DNA from: Octopus sinensis
Taxonomy: Eukaryota
Length of the DNA stretch: 64,000 nt
Direction of reading: 5' to 3'
NCBI RefSeq assembly: GCF_006345805.1
Contig: NC_043007.1
Span: 47,740,001-47,804,000, forward strand
Positions 26,830 to 39,235 of the stretch are shown here, piece after piece (position 1 is the stretch's first letter; the number at the start of each line of letters is the position of its first letter). Under the pieces are notes generated by a model. The model was not told the DNA's origin. It searched no databases and worked only from the letters and a program-made list of their open reading frames with translations. Both the position numbers and the translations under genes were made by a program.

Positions 26830-27930
26830 CTTAAGGATCACCTGTACGGTTTGTATAAAGCCAGATCTACTGGTGATCTATACTCGTCTGTTACCCACTG
26901 ATGGGTTCTTGCTTTGGAGTAATTTAGTAAAAACAATATTGCTACCCATGACATCAGTAGAGCTTTCAACTGTATATGGGATATGAATCTCCACTTGAAA
27001 CTTCCTGCCAATGGACTCCACTCTCATCTCATTTCTTGAATAAGTAACTTCTTATCAGAGCACACCATTACTGTTTGTGTTGACAAAACTGTTTCTGTCC
27101 CTAACTTTATCAACTCTGGCATGCTCTAGGATTTGGTCTTGTCACCCATTCATCTACTCTCTTCCTTCTGTACATCAATGTTTTACTTACCACTACATCC
27201 AACAACACCTACTTTTACACAGATGATACTATCCTTTATTCTCTAATATTCCTCGACCTTGATTTATCCACTCACAATCTAGTTACCACATATCAAACCC
27301 ACATTGACTTCATGATCACAGACCTTGAAAACATCTTCTGGTAGCACCATGCCAATCTGTTTTTTTTCTTTATTTTTTTTTCGAATGCCAGTTAATACAG
27401 ACACTGCTCATATCAAGAAGACAGCATCACACCATATCACGACTAGTCATGAGTAATGCTTAGCAAGAATCTTCAGTAGTTGAGTCTCACTATCATTGAA
27501 GATCTCTCTTGGTGAAAGACCATTCTTTGCATAATTAGGATCACATTCCACCTAGAAGCCTGTCTCATCAGGATCAGAAGAATTTCAGTCCCTATCAGTT
27601 ATTAATATGCTATAAAGCTCAGGTGAAGCCCACAAGGGAATATTGCTCTAGCATCTAGGACAGTATCACTATGCAAACATAGACCACATCCAGAAAAAGG
27701 TCAAAAGCCACTCACATGCAGGTCCCAGCCTGTCTCCTGTCTCTGAGTTTTCTATACCTACTGTAGTGGCCTCTGCTCCTCACAGCCTATTGGTTTTGAA
27801 CTTCCATCACCTCTTAGACATTCCAATCCCACTTACTTCTCTTCCTGTCACCTTTCCGGTATCTACCCTACCACTACTATCACACACATTAACCTGGGTT
27901 CTCTCCCTGCTCTTATCTGTTTCGTAGGTG
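26830..27930 (+). mobile_element. old CR1/L2/Jockey-group LINE reverse-transcriptase remnant
   Basis: decayed DISRAF, INSGML*DLVLSP, FLLYIN, YTDDT and YKAQVKP..EYCS motifs with many stops. Confidence 0.7.
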
Positions 27931-28178
27931 TTTAGTTAAAGCCTCAACAGAAGCATTAACCTAGCATTAGTCTCACCAGTCTAAGAAGACCTGCAAAGAT
28001 CACAGATTCAGCCCATTTCTTCAGACAAAAAAACAAATAAAATGAAATACGATATAATTTTCGAAGATGGTAATGAATTCTTAAGATGCCCTGTGAGGGT
28101 ACACACACACACACACACATTAACAAGTTCCACCTCAACCTTTAAACATATTTTACTTATGTAAAGGAGATATTATTC

Positions 28179-28609
28179 GGATCTTTTTGGTTTGAACGGC
28201 AGTTTTTTCTAGCGGTGTCATATGAAATTGTCATCCATAATTATGACCCTAGTATCGATCTATTGCATTTCAATCTGTTTTAGGGTTAGGGTTAGTTAGG
28301 GTTAGGGGTGGGGAAAGGGTATCTTTTTTTCTTCACAAATGTAAATAAACCCAATCTGTTTCTTAAACGAGGGACATATTCATACGGCACAGAATGTTTT
28401 TTTTTTTTACCTCAATAGACGTCAGTGATTGGTTTAAATTGCAGAAATTGAAGAAAAAAACAACAAATATCTTACAAACTATAGAATTTTCTCAATAAAG
28501 CCAAGAGAAAAAGATGTTTTATAAACACATTCTACCAGTATACGAAGTTTAAAATTTTTTAGTTACCTAGAAATTATGTTAAAAACTGCCGTTCAAACCG
28601 AAAAGATCC
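28179..28609. mobile_element. MITE with GG-starting TIRs and 8-bp TSD (Merlin-like), containing TTAGGG repeats
   Basis: TIR GGATCTTTT(T/C)GGTTTGAACGGCAGTTTTT (~29 bp, 1 mismatch); perfect TSD TATTATTC at 28171-28178 and 28610-28617. Confidence 0.85.
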
Positions 28610-28727
28610 TATTATTCAAATTATATATTTTCAGGTAAAATATTTAGCAGATATCAATCGGAATTTTTTCTGTTTTTTTTTTTGAAGAGTGCTTCACGTC
28701 TTGAGCGGCCTTAGTATCATAGTAAAA

Positions 28728-28838
28728 ATGGCTGACATCGAAGAGAATTTACGTGAATTAGTGGAATTACAGAACGACTACAATGCTACATTACACGACA
28801 TTCAACTTTTGGTGAGAGATATTGAAAGACTACAAAAG
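28728..28838 (+). CDS. uncharacterised ~100-aa coiled-coil-like protein, exon 1
   Basis: AAAATGG start context; MADIEENLRELVELQNDYNATLHDIQLLVRDIERLQK; donor after 28838 or 28841 (both in frame); CpG-retaining surroundings. Confidence 0.75.
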
Positions 28839-30579
28839 GTGGTGTGTCTTACGTTTTTCTTTTGTATCTCTTCTATTAATTTTCATTGTGAAAACCATCC
28901 TGTAGAATGGAAGATATGTTATTCTGTAAACTGTCAACATTAGCGGAGGATGAGAACACCTTCCGTTAATGTCGTCATATTTTGCTTCTGCTTCTTTACC
29001 AGTTGTAACTTCAGTTAAATAAAAGGCTGAAAGTAATTAACATGTATAGTTAGCAAGGAATATGGAAAAAGGGAACTCAAACGGCCCATCTTCAGGAATG
29101 CAATAATGAAAGTAGTAGTGGTGATGGAATGTTTTGATTAATTTCAATGATTCATATTTTTAGAGGAAGGGTTAACAGGTAATTTTGATGAGCAACATAA
29201 ATGGAATGAAATTAATTGGCATTCGCTTGAAATTCTATGTAGACTCACTCTCCCATACCTCTCTATACACAGTAGCGTACCATACCAGTAATATATTTTG
29301 TTCCCGTCGCACACACTTCTGTTAAATTATATATATATATACACACACACACATATAAAAATACATGAACTGTTAACTCGTTTGGTGTATTACCAACAGC
29401 TTTAACATATTCCGACAGTTTCTCATGTTTTTATATTTGAATTATAATAAAATTTAGCAGAACTGAAACCTATTATAAATCTAATTTCTTTACATGTAAA
29501 ATAGAAATTATCTTGGAAGTTAGCTGTGGTGTTGAATCAAAGTTCGAATTCTGCTGGGTTTAAAAAAAAAATTTCAATTACCTATAAACTATTGGGGTAT
29601 TTATAATTTACTCTAATCTCACCCCGCCCTTCCAATTGTGGTCTTGTACCAAAGTTAGAGTTTCTTACTGAAGCAAACACTTCAATAGACTAGGAAGAGA
29701 TTTGGTTCTTAATCATTTTTGCAGCATTCATTCCTTAAGTCATGGAATCCTAAGTAATTAGAACGTAACATCTATATTATTTTGTATGTTTGTATGAGGT
29801 ATGCATGCAAACTCGTCGCCAGACTTAGAATATTCTGGGAGGGCACTAATTTGTAATAATAATAAAGTGGGGTTTCTCGACAAGTTCTTTAATTGGAGTT
29901 CTGATCTTTTAACCAGTCATAACTTTTTTCATTTTTTATTTTTTGGTATCTTCAGAAAATTTTTGTAAACTGTAGTTTCTAAATCTGAGGATGCACTATT
30001 GAATAGTGAGGGGACAGTGCCGTCTAGTGTCTCTTTTTCCTTAGCAATGGGCATGTATGTATGTAAAGTGTGAGAGAGGCATATTGTTACTTTATTTTCT
30101 ATCAATGACTATTTTCTTTGGCTTTTGATTGTTATTTTTTCATTAAATAGTTTTCTTAAATATCCCATAATCATTTTATCATACACTTTTCCATGCTTAT
30201 GTTACCTTCGACGGAATTTGTTGAGGTAAATTTTCTATGGCCAGATACCCGTCCTGACATGATCCTGTACCTGTTTCTTAAGAAGGTGATGCTTCCTCAA
30301 GGCCAGGCAAGTTGTTCATGGAAAGATAGCAGAGATTCTTTAGTTAAAATTTCACCTAATGCTATCCTCCTCTTCAACATCGTCATCATCTACTATGACT
30401 CAGGGATTCCAGTATGGCTGCTCTACCATTCATATTATTTGCTGCCCAGATCACCCGAAGCAGTAGAACTAGGCATGTCCAGACAATTGAACAGGATTAT
30501 CATTACATTGTGCCATTTTAGGTCAATTGTATTGTCTGGTTTTTATTAATAACATTTTCCTTATAATGTCTTTTTGCAG

Positions 30580-31690
30580 GTTACCTCAGTGATGAATGAC
30601 AATGACCTTACTTTCATGGCTGGTGACTTCAATAGACACGTTGGGTAGCATCCTGGAGGATTCCATGATATGCATGAAAGCTATGGATTTAGTTCTTGAG
30701 CTGAGGAAAGAACAAGGTTCTTGGAGTTCTGTGATGTAAATGACCTAATAATTCAGAACACTAACTTCAAGAAATGAGACAGTCACCTGATCATTTATCA
30801 GTCTAGTGGGCATACAAGCCAGACTGACTATATCCTCATTAGAAAGCAGGTTAGTTAGATGCTTGTAAATACAAAGTCCTTTCCAGATGAAGAATGTTCT
30901 AAGGTTAGTTGTTAACGACTTCAGACTTAGAAGGATTCAGAGACACAAACCAATCTGGAAAAGGAAAATACAGAAAGAATGGTCTGAGATATATGTTTAA
31001 ATCAGAACTTCTATATAATGAAAAGGAGATAGACATATGACACTTAGGAGAATTGGAAGTTCTTATAGGACAGCATATTTATTGTAGTCAGGGTGTGGAC
31101 GACATGGTGGTGGAATGGTGAAGTAAACAGAGCCATAAAATCAGTGAGACAGGTTTGGGATGAATGGAAGAAGGAGTAGGAGCAGAGGATTATATCAAGT
31201 TACTGAAGGAGAAGATAGACAACAGGTATATTTAGAAAGGGGAGAAGTAGAAAGGAAGAGGTTTGTCAATGTTCTGTAGCATGATGACAAAGGCATGAGG
31301 TTTTCTGGAGTGCAAAGCAATGTATTACTGAAAATTGAGACATTGCAGAGAAGTGTATATGAATAGATAATGGTACACTTACACTTAGTGATGCTGAAAA
31401 GAAAGAGGCATGAAAGTGCTACTGTGAAAGGCTACTAAACATGGAGAATATATGGGAGAAATAGAGCTTTCTAAATATGAACTGTGGGACTGGCTATTCT
31501 AGCTGACAGCTGTATGATTGATAAAGCAATTAAAGATATGAAGATAGGGAAAGCTGGTCCATTAGGAATTACCTCCCAGATGCTTAAATATCTGGTGATG
31601 TGAGATACAGCCTAGTCTTCCATATAATTAATCAGTTTGTACAGGAAGGTATCATACCTCACAATAGGCATAACATTACAATCAATCCTT
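30580..31690 (+). mobile_element. RTE-like LINE fragment (endonuclease to start of RT), decayed
   Basis: MAGDFNRHVG, NTNFKK, SQTDYILIRK, TWWWNGEV, AIKDMKIGKAGP motifs with stops. Confidence 0.8.
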
Positions 31691-31759
31691 AAAAAAGGCG
31701 AACACTTGACAATATGATCCTTCATAATTATCTTTATTTTTCTCTGATTTTATTTACAG

Positions 31760-31874
31760 GAGAATGAGAGTTTGGCTGTGCAGCAAGACTGTTCTGAAAG
31801 TTTTAACTGGTCTCCATTGAAAGAAACATTACGGATTGTACTGGAAATAGACAAGAACCCTGAACTTGAAGAAG
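31760..31874 (+). CDS. uncharacterised ~100-aa protein, exon 2
   Basis: long pyrimidine tract + tttacAG|, AAG|GTacac donor; open, phase 0 to 1: ENESLAVQQDCSESFNWSPLKETLRIVLEIDKNPELEE. Confidence 0.75.
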
Positions 31875-32520
31875 GTACACTCTTCTTTTTACAATTTTAA
31901 TCTTTTGCTCTCACTCTTTGCCATATTCCTGCGATACCTACTGCAACATTCTTAATGTTGCAGTTATGTTTGATCCAGTTTAGAGTTAGTGTGTCTCAGC
32001 ATATTTCTCCCTACATGGATGAGAAAAGGGAAAGTGTTCATGTCAGTCATGTTAAATGAATAAATTGTAATATCTCTCTTTCTTTTGCTCTCTCCCTCTT
32101 TCTTTCTCTCTCTCTCTCTCTCTGTATATGTATATTTCTCTCAGTGTGTATGTGTGTTTGCCTTCAATGCCAAAATCTACTGTTGCAAAAACAGGCTGAA
32201 TGTCCAGTCAATTATGCCAAATCATCAGTGTCCAAACAACTGCACCCAGCCATCTCATGTCAAAGATTCACTATGTCTAAACAAGGAGGGAATGGTCAGG
32301 ATTGATCATGAGCTAGACAGCTATGATAATAAATCAATGGCTATGTACAAAAGCAAGCAATTCATCCATCTTAACATTTTGTGTTCAAATTCTCTCAAGG
32401 TCGACTTTACCTTTCATCCTTTTGGGGTTAATAAACACTGGGGTCAATGTAATTGACTACTCCTCTCCCTCCAAATTTCAGGTTTTGTGCCTTCTGTAGA
32501 AAGGGTGATTATTATTATTA

Positions 32521-32995
32521 CATGGAAAAATGTGAGCATGAAAAGTCATATTCTTAAGATTATAAACCTGGAAAAGTACAGGACAAATTATTACACCTGT
32601 AAAAGTATAGGACAAGCTATTACTTCTTGTAAAGAATAAAGAACTTTTTACTTAAAATATTGCAGCAAAGAATGCCAGATCTTCTAATTTATCACTCTAT
32701 ACAGTTCTCATCTTTTAAATTTATTGTACAAAACTGTTCAGCTAATTCATAAGTTTGTCTAATTAGTCACTTTTTTCTGCATTTAAGGTAGTAAATTAGC
32801 AAAATTTTACTTAAATAAGAATAGTGTTATTTGTAAACTATAATAAAATAAGTTTTAATATTCAAATTTTAATTTTTGCTGCAATATTTTAAGTAAAAAC
32901 GTTTCTTATTCTTTACTAGAAGTAATAGCTTGTCCTATACTTTTCCAGGTTTATAATCTTAAGAATATGACTTTGCATGCTCACATTTTTCCATG
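32521..32995. mobile_element. MITE with long terminal inverted repeats
   Basis: TA|CATGGAAAAATGTGAGCATG...CATGCTCACATTTTTCCATG|TA; inverted homology extends over 100 bp; related sequence at ~52440-52585. Confidence 0.8.
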
Positions 32996-35378
32996 TAATC
33001 CATGATTTTTCCAGACATTGCTCTTATAACATAATTAATAATGTGACAATTAATAATTTAAGATTTAACTGAAAGATAATATTTCAATTTTTCTATAAAG
33101 TGATGATATTTAAATTTTTTTCATGTTTAATATAAATATATGTTGTGATTAAATTATTTGATATTACCCATCCACACCAAATTAATGGCAGGAAATTTTA
33201 CCATGTTGTTGGTTGCACCATGGTTCACCAAAAGTTACGAACAACAAGACCCCAAAACCATCAGTTACCAGGCTCACCTTAAGTAACCTAATTTTGCAAT
33301 ATTAGGAGGTCACAGGAATTCATTCAATGAAAAAAAAAATTTCCAATGATTCTGGGATTGAGCAGGGACCCCTCCACCTCATTTTTTCCGAACCAAAATA
33401 AGGGATTTGCAGCATATTATGAGGTCAGGGTATTCGATTCCACGCAAAAAATCAAATTTTTATTTTTCTTTCTTAGTGAAAATCGTGACCATAATGTTGT
33501 TATTTAACCTCAAATCAACCCTGATACTGCAAACTTATCACCAAAGACATTCCAGCCTTCAGCAAACCTTCTTTTTAGGGATAATCTAGGACATTACATA
33601 CAATGGGCATGTTATTTAGATAGGGGGATACTATGGCTGCTATTTTTAGCATGTTGAGCGACGAGGTAGAGGCTCTTCCATTGGTTCAATTCTGTGATGA
33701 GATTTTTTTATACATATATGTAATATGTATATATATATCATCGGCAGAAGTTAGAGAGTAAGTCAAAAGCTGAGAGTTTCATGTATTGGCACTTATCAAA
33801 CATGAATTTGTCCATTGTCACTCTGTAACTTCTGATAAAATAACTTCTAAAATACAAAAATTTGTCAAAAACGTTAAGAGTAAACCCTGTCCTGTGTGAC
33901 ACAGTCTACCAGTATCGGAAGTTTGAAAGTGTTTAGTTAAAAAAAAATTAATCAAATAATCTGTATGTCTAATTGAATGGATCCGAAATGGATGAAAGGC
34001 AAAGTCGACCTCAGCGGAATTTGAACTCAGAACATAAAGACAGATGAAATACCACTTCTAAAATACAAAATTTTGTCAAAAATATTCTACCCGTATCAGA
34101 AGTTTGAAAGTGTTTAGTTAAAGAAAATTAATGAAATAATCTGTACATCAAAGTCGACCTTGGCGAAATTTGAACACAAAACATAAAGACAGACAAAATA
34201 CCGCTAAGCATTTTGTCTGGCGCACTAACATTTCTGCCAGCTTGCCACCTTAGAATGTAAACATTCATTTTAGAAATATATTCTTTATTCTTATTGCTTA
34301 AGTGTTACTTCTTACTTACTGACATGAAATTTTCATAACATTTTACCTCATAACTGTTTTTCTACTAAAAAAAATTATGTTTATTGAAGATGAATATCTG
34401 CCTTACTGCCCACTTGAGGTCTGACATATTTTGATGTAATTTGTTTTCTACTGAACCAAATCTCAAGCTATTTATGCCAAAGTGTAGCTGAAGAGGTGTC
34501 CTCTTTAATTCAGTTGAGAACTGAATTAGTGGTGAAGCTTGGAAGCTGCTGCGATTGACAAAATGGTGGATTTAAGAATATATTCAACCACTACCATGGT
34601 TGAATGATTAAGGCGGTGAGCTGGCAGAAGTGTTAGTATGCTGGGTAAAATGCTGCTATGCATATTGTCCGTCTTTACATTCTGAGTTCAAATTCTGCTG
34701 AGGTCGACTTTGCCTTCCATCCTTTCAGGGTCAATAAAAAATACGTTCCAGTTAAATACTGGGGTCAGTGTAATTGACTCGCCCACTCTCCCAAAATTGC
34801 TGTGGCAAAAAATTTGAAACCATTATTATTATTATTATTATTATTATTAAGGCAGCAAGCTGATAGAATGGTTAACACACTGGACAAAATACTCAGCAGC
34901 ATTTCGTCTCTCTTTACGTTCTGAGTTCAAATTCCATTAAGGTTGACTTTGCATTTTATCCTTTCAGGGTTGGTGAAATAATGCTAGCCAAATGGTGGTG
35001 GTGGTGGTGGTGGGGGGTCGACTAGCCCATTCCTCCTAAATTTCAAGCCTTGTGCCAATAATAGATTTATATCTATTATTATTATTTTAAGAGATTTTCT
35101 TGCAGTTTTCCATGTTTCCTAAATAGGAGAGTTAGAACAATATATCTTGCCTAAGGAAACAATATTTGATAAGAAACTTGATTGCTTAACCATTCAATAA
35201 TTTATTCAGTCTCTACATAACATTTAATAGTACCCCAGCACTCATATATTGAGTCATTCCATAAATAATGCTTTTTTTTCAATTGCATGAACTAATATAT
35301 ATATAAATCTGTAATTGCCATATATAAGGCTGTTTGATGTTTCTTTCATTACTATTTTCTCTCTTCCTATTTTTACAG

Positions 35379-35455
35379 ATGTTTTACAAGTGTTGAGTCA
35401 GAAGCTTTCCTCACTTCGGATGGACCTGTCGGCTTTAAGAAGTGCTGATCACTAA
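35379..35455 (+). CDS. uncharacterised ~100-aa protein, exon 3 (stop)
   Basis: pyrimidine tract + tttacAG|; phase 1 continues (D)VLQVLSQKLSSLRMDLSALRSADH* with TAA at 35453-35455. Confidence 0.72.
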
Positions 35456-36348
35456 CATATGCACATCTTCATGTCTTTAACTCTCCATTTATTTGCTAGT
35501 GTTCCATTTGACCCCATTCCTTCTCTACCTTACCACATAGATTGTCATTTGTTGTCGCCTCTTGAACTTTTTTGTGATATTTTATCATAATGACCTACAG
35601 ACAAGCAAATGACAGACGCTTACAGAGAAACAGTATCATAGAGAAAAAAGTGTGCTGTGAAAAATCCAGCAATCTTATATATTTTGTCTATTGCATGAAA
35701 TCTTGTAGTGAAGAATTGGTAACATGCCTGATCTAACTATGTCTGTATGTCAGGTGTGTCAGGAGTTTTTTAATTCCCAAATAATTTTTGAACTTTATTT
35801 TCTGGTCTCTTGAAAACTCATCATTTTTGTATCAATGTAGTTATGAAGTTAATGACAGCAAGCTAGCAGAATCATTAGCATGCTGGGCAAAATGCTTAGC
35901 TGCATTCTGTCCGTCATTATGGTCTGAGTTCAAATTCCATCAAGGTCAGCTTTGCCTTTCATCCTTTTGGGCTCGATAAAACAAGTACCAGTTGAACAAT
36001 GGGGTCAATATAATCGACTTACTCCTCCCCTAAGATTGCTGGCCTTGTGCCAAAATTTGAAACCAATATAGTTATGAAGTTATATTTATTGAGATTTTAA
36101 GAATTACATCAACAGTTAGTCACATATCATCTTTCACTTTGTTATTCGTCGTTCACTTTTGATTAAATTTCATTCTCTGTCTGCTATGTAATCTCATTAT
36201 AAATACTTCCAAAAGAATATAAGAATTGATTTGGTAAGACTGTCATCTTGCCTGGATCAGTTCAGTATTTTGTTACAGAATCAACAACTTTAAAATTGTT
36301 TGTGATAAACAGTTATTAAGGCACCAAAAATGCAAAGAAATATTTCCC

Positions 36349-36402
<54 letters not shown>

Positions 36403-38817
36403 GTAAATAATTTTTCATGATGGATAAAGCTATAAGTACATAGAATATTGGGTTAAAAAGCTATTTGAATGGAAAAAGAAGTTGAAGGCTACCCAGTGGT
36501 CAGAGCATCTGTCATGTTATCAAAGATGTGGGTTCCTCTTCTGCAGGTAGCTATCAACTTTTTTCCATCTTAGGGTTTTTTAATCCAATGTTCTACACAG
36601 TATTATTTACAGCTTGATCTACTTTGAGTTCTACTATTAAATATGATTTACTTCATATCTCTTGAAGGTTCTAAATTATTATGATATACATAAGTATGTG
36701 TATATGTTTATTCATACATGCATATATATATATATGAATATATACACGCCACACATCCACACAAACACACACACACAGGTACACATATATAATATCTTTT
36801 TTTTAAATACTGGACATGTTTCAATCACTTTTTGTCATTACATTTAATAAAACCAGGAAGTTTACTAGAGAAAACATCTCAATTTCTGTTGTCTTTTTAT
36901 CTGAGCATGTTTTATTATATGCCTGGTGTTTTGCTGTACAGCTGACTGGATGACACTTGTGATATTTCTCCAGATATAACTGGTATCAATATATTGTACA
37001 TTCACCAGTGATATGGTTTCTTGATGTTTCTGTTTAGAAGCCATTTTTCTCAAGTTTTCTCCATGTTCTTCCTGTCTCTTTAGTTACTGGTGATTGATAT
37101 TATTGTTCTCATTAAACTTTTCCACCAGCTGTTCTGTTTGATTTGAGCGTAACTCTGTGGCAACCAGAGTTTGTCTTTAGTGATTGTCTTCATTTCATTA
37201 TTCTTTAATCACTTGATTTAAATCATACATTAATCCCTCCACCTTTCACTGTGTACATTTCTGTCTCTATTCTCATAAATTAATTATTTTTAGATGAAAA
37301 CAAAAAAAATTGATGTTTTCTGAATTTTTGTTATCTTTTATTGAAACTTTATCTCATGTTTACAATCTGTTAGTAAATTTGGTGTTGTTAATCCTTTCAA
37401 AGTCTGTGAAATCATTGTCATTGTTGCTGAGGGTTTGTATATAATATGTTTGATTACAAACCCTATATTTCTGAACAAAAAAAAAAAAAATTATCATTAC
37501 AAGTTTGGATCTGTTCCTACCCCAAAGTTTTTTCTGTTTTGGCTTAATTAATTTGATATCTTATTTCTGATGAAATGCACAGCCTGCTATGTGTTTCAAT
37601 TAATTTGAAAAATACTCAAGTATTTTGAGGGATTTAGTTAAATATTTTCATTATTAAACTGGCATTTGGAATAGATCTTACATAAAGTTTTAACAAAGGT
37701 TTCTAGAAATTTTGTGTTACAACTGAAGGTAATATCAGGTGGGTTAACAGATTCCAGTATTTTATTTTAATGGTTTAATCCTAAACACATTAGATTAAGC
37801 TATGAGATGTGGATGGTTATTGAATTAGCTATAGTATTTATTATATTCTATGTGATTTATGTTACAGATCTGATGGTTTATTTCACATGTTTATAATGTT
37901 TTAATATTTGCCATAGTAGTTTAATATTTGAAATAAATTAGACACATTTAGAAAAGTTTCATAATTCTCTTAGTATAATTTTCTTTTCGTATTGAGTTAA
38001 AAAGAAGTGTTTAGTTGTTTCTATGATATTTAGTTGTGTCTTGGTGTTTACTTTGAATGAAATAAGAGAAATACTTACATTTGACCTTCATCTGCTTTTC
38101 TGTATACTTTTTGAAAGATTATCATAAGCTGTTACACTTTGTCATCAAACAACTTATCACTTCCATTTCACCATCTATCATCATTTTCACTTAAAAGCAT
38201 ATCATATTTGCTAAATTATTATCATCATTCTTTTCTTTTTTTATTTATTAACAACTATTAATATTTGCCAAACCCATTTGTTTACAAAATATATTTCTAT
38301 TGTAAGTGGATCCAAAAAATTGTTTTTGTTGTTCCATACTACTGCTACTGCAACTTTTGAATATATTCTTTTCTACTCTAGGCACAAGGCCCAAAATTAA
38401 CTATTGAATATATTGAATATCAGAAAGTTTTTTTTCTTCTCAGTTTGACCATTGCAGCAGTATTTTACTGAAATATTGAAAAATGTTGTAAACAAATACA
38501 CATTTTTAACCCTCAGTTATTGTAACCTGTTGAGATGATACAGTTAAGATGAACATTTCAATTTCTCCCTCATCTGTTGAAGCTTTCACTTTTCCTTAAT
38601 TCTATTCTGTAGTGTTTGGTAAATATAATAATTGTAACTTCAAACCTTGGTTGTGATGCCATACACAAAGAAACATTTGTATCAACCTGTTGAAACAGCC
38701 TAGATGTATAGAATGAATAAAATTGTATATAGTCTATATTGTCTTCCAGTCTTTGTACGTTACTGCAGTATGCATGCATTCATTCATTCATACATACATA
38801 CACACATACATTCATAC

Positions 38818-39235
38818 AAAAAAAATATCTGCACTGAACAATTGAGAAATTTACAGTTAATCCATCCAGATTACAAATTTAGGTTTATATCTGTAATTAT
38901 TGGGGCACTGGGATATGTAACACATTGCCTAAATACCAGTCTTGAGAAATTAGGCTTCTCAAAACCAGAAAGAAAGTCTGATTTGAAGACTACAGATCCA
39001 ATTCATTGCTGGAACTGTAAAAATCTGTAAAAGTTGACAGACGTTTATCGTTTTGCAACTATATGGATGCGAATACATACATAAAACCAAACATACAAAT
39101 CTGCACACATACCTACCTACCTACCTACCCCGATGATGTTTAAATTCCAATGATGGAGCCTCAGGTCTAGGTTACAAACTGGCTCATTCTCTAATTGCAA
39201 GAAATCTTGAAGTAAAACTGAGTAATGATGTAAAT
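38818..39235 (+). mobile_element. R4/Dong-like LINE 3' fragment
   Basis: LRNLQLIHPDYKFRFISVIIGALGYV (restriction-like endonuclease C-terminus); same family as 50.4-51.4 kb. Confidence 0.75.

Noticed and set aside
28280-28319. true telomere or chromosome fusion site
   Set aside because: Only about four TTAGGG units, inside a TIR/TSD-bounded element
28728-35455. DPY30 (similar size, MEMO1 neighbour in human)
   Set aside because: No DPY30 motif (PTRAYLDQTVVPILLQGL)
36487-36553. tRNA gene
   Set aside because: A/B-box-like pieces and GCTACC/GGTAGC ends, but no convincing cloverleaf; probably a decayed tRNA-derived repeat. SINE heads elsewhere were likewise not called tRNAs
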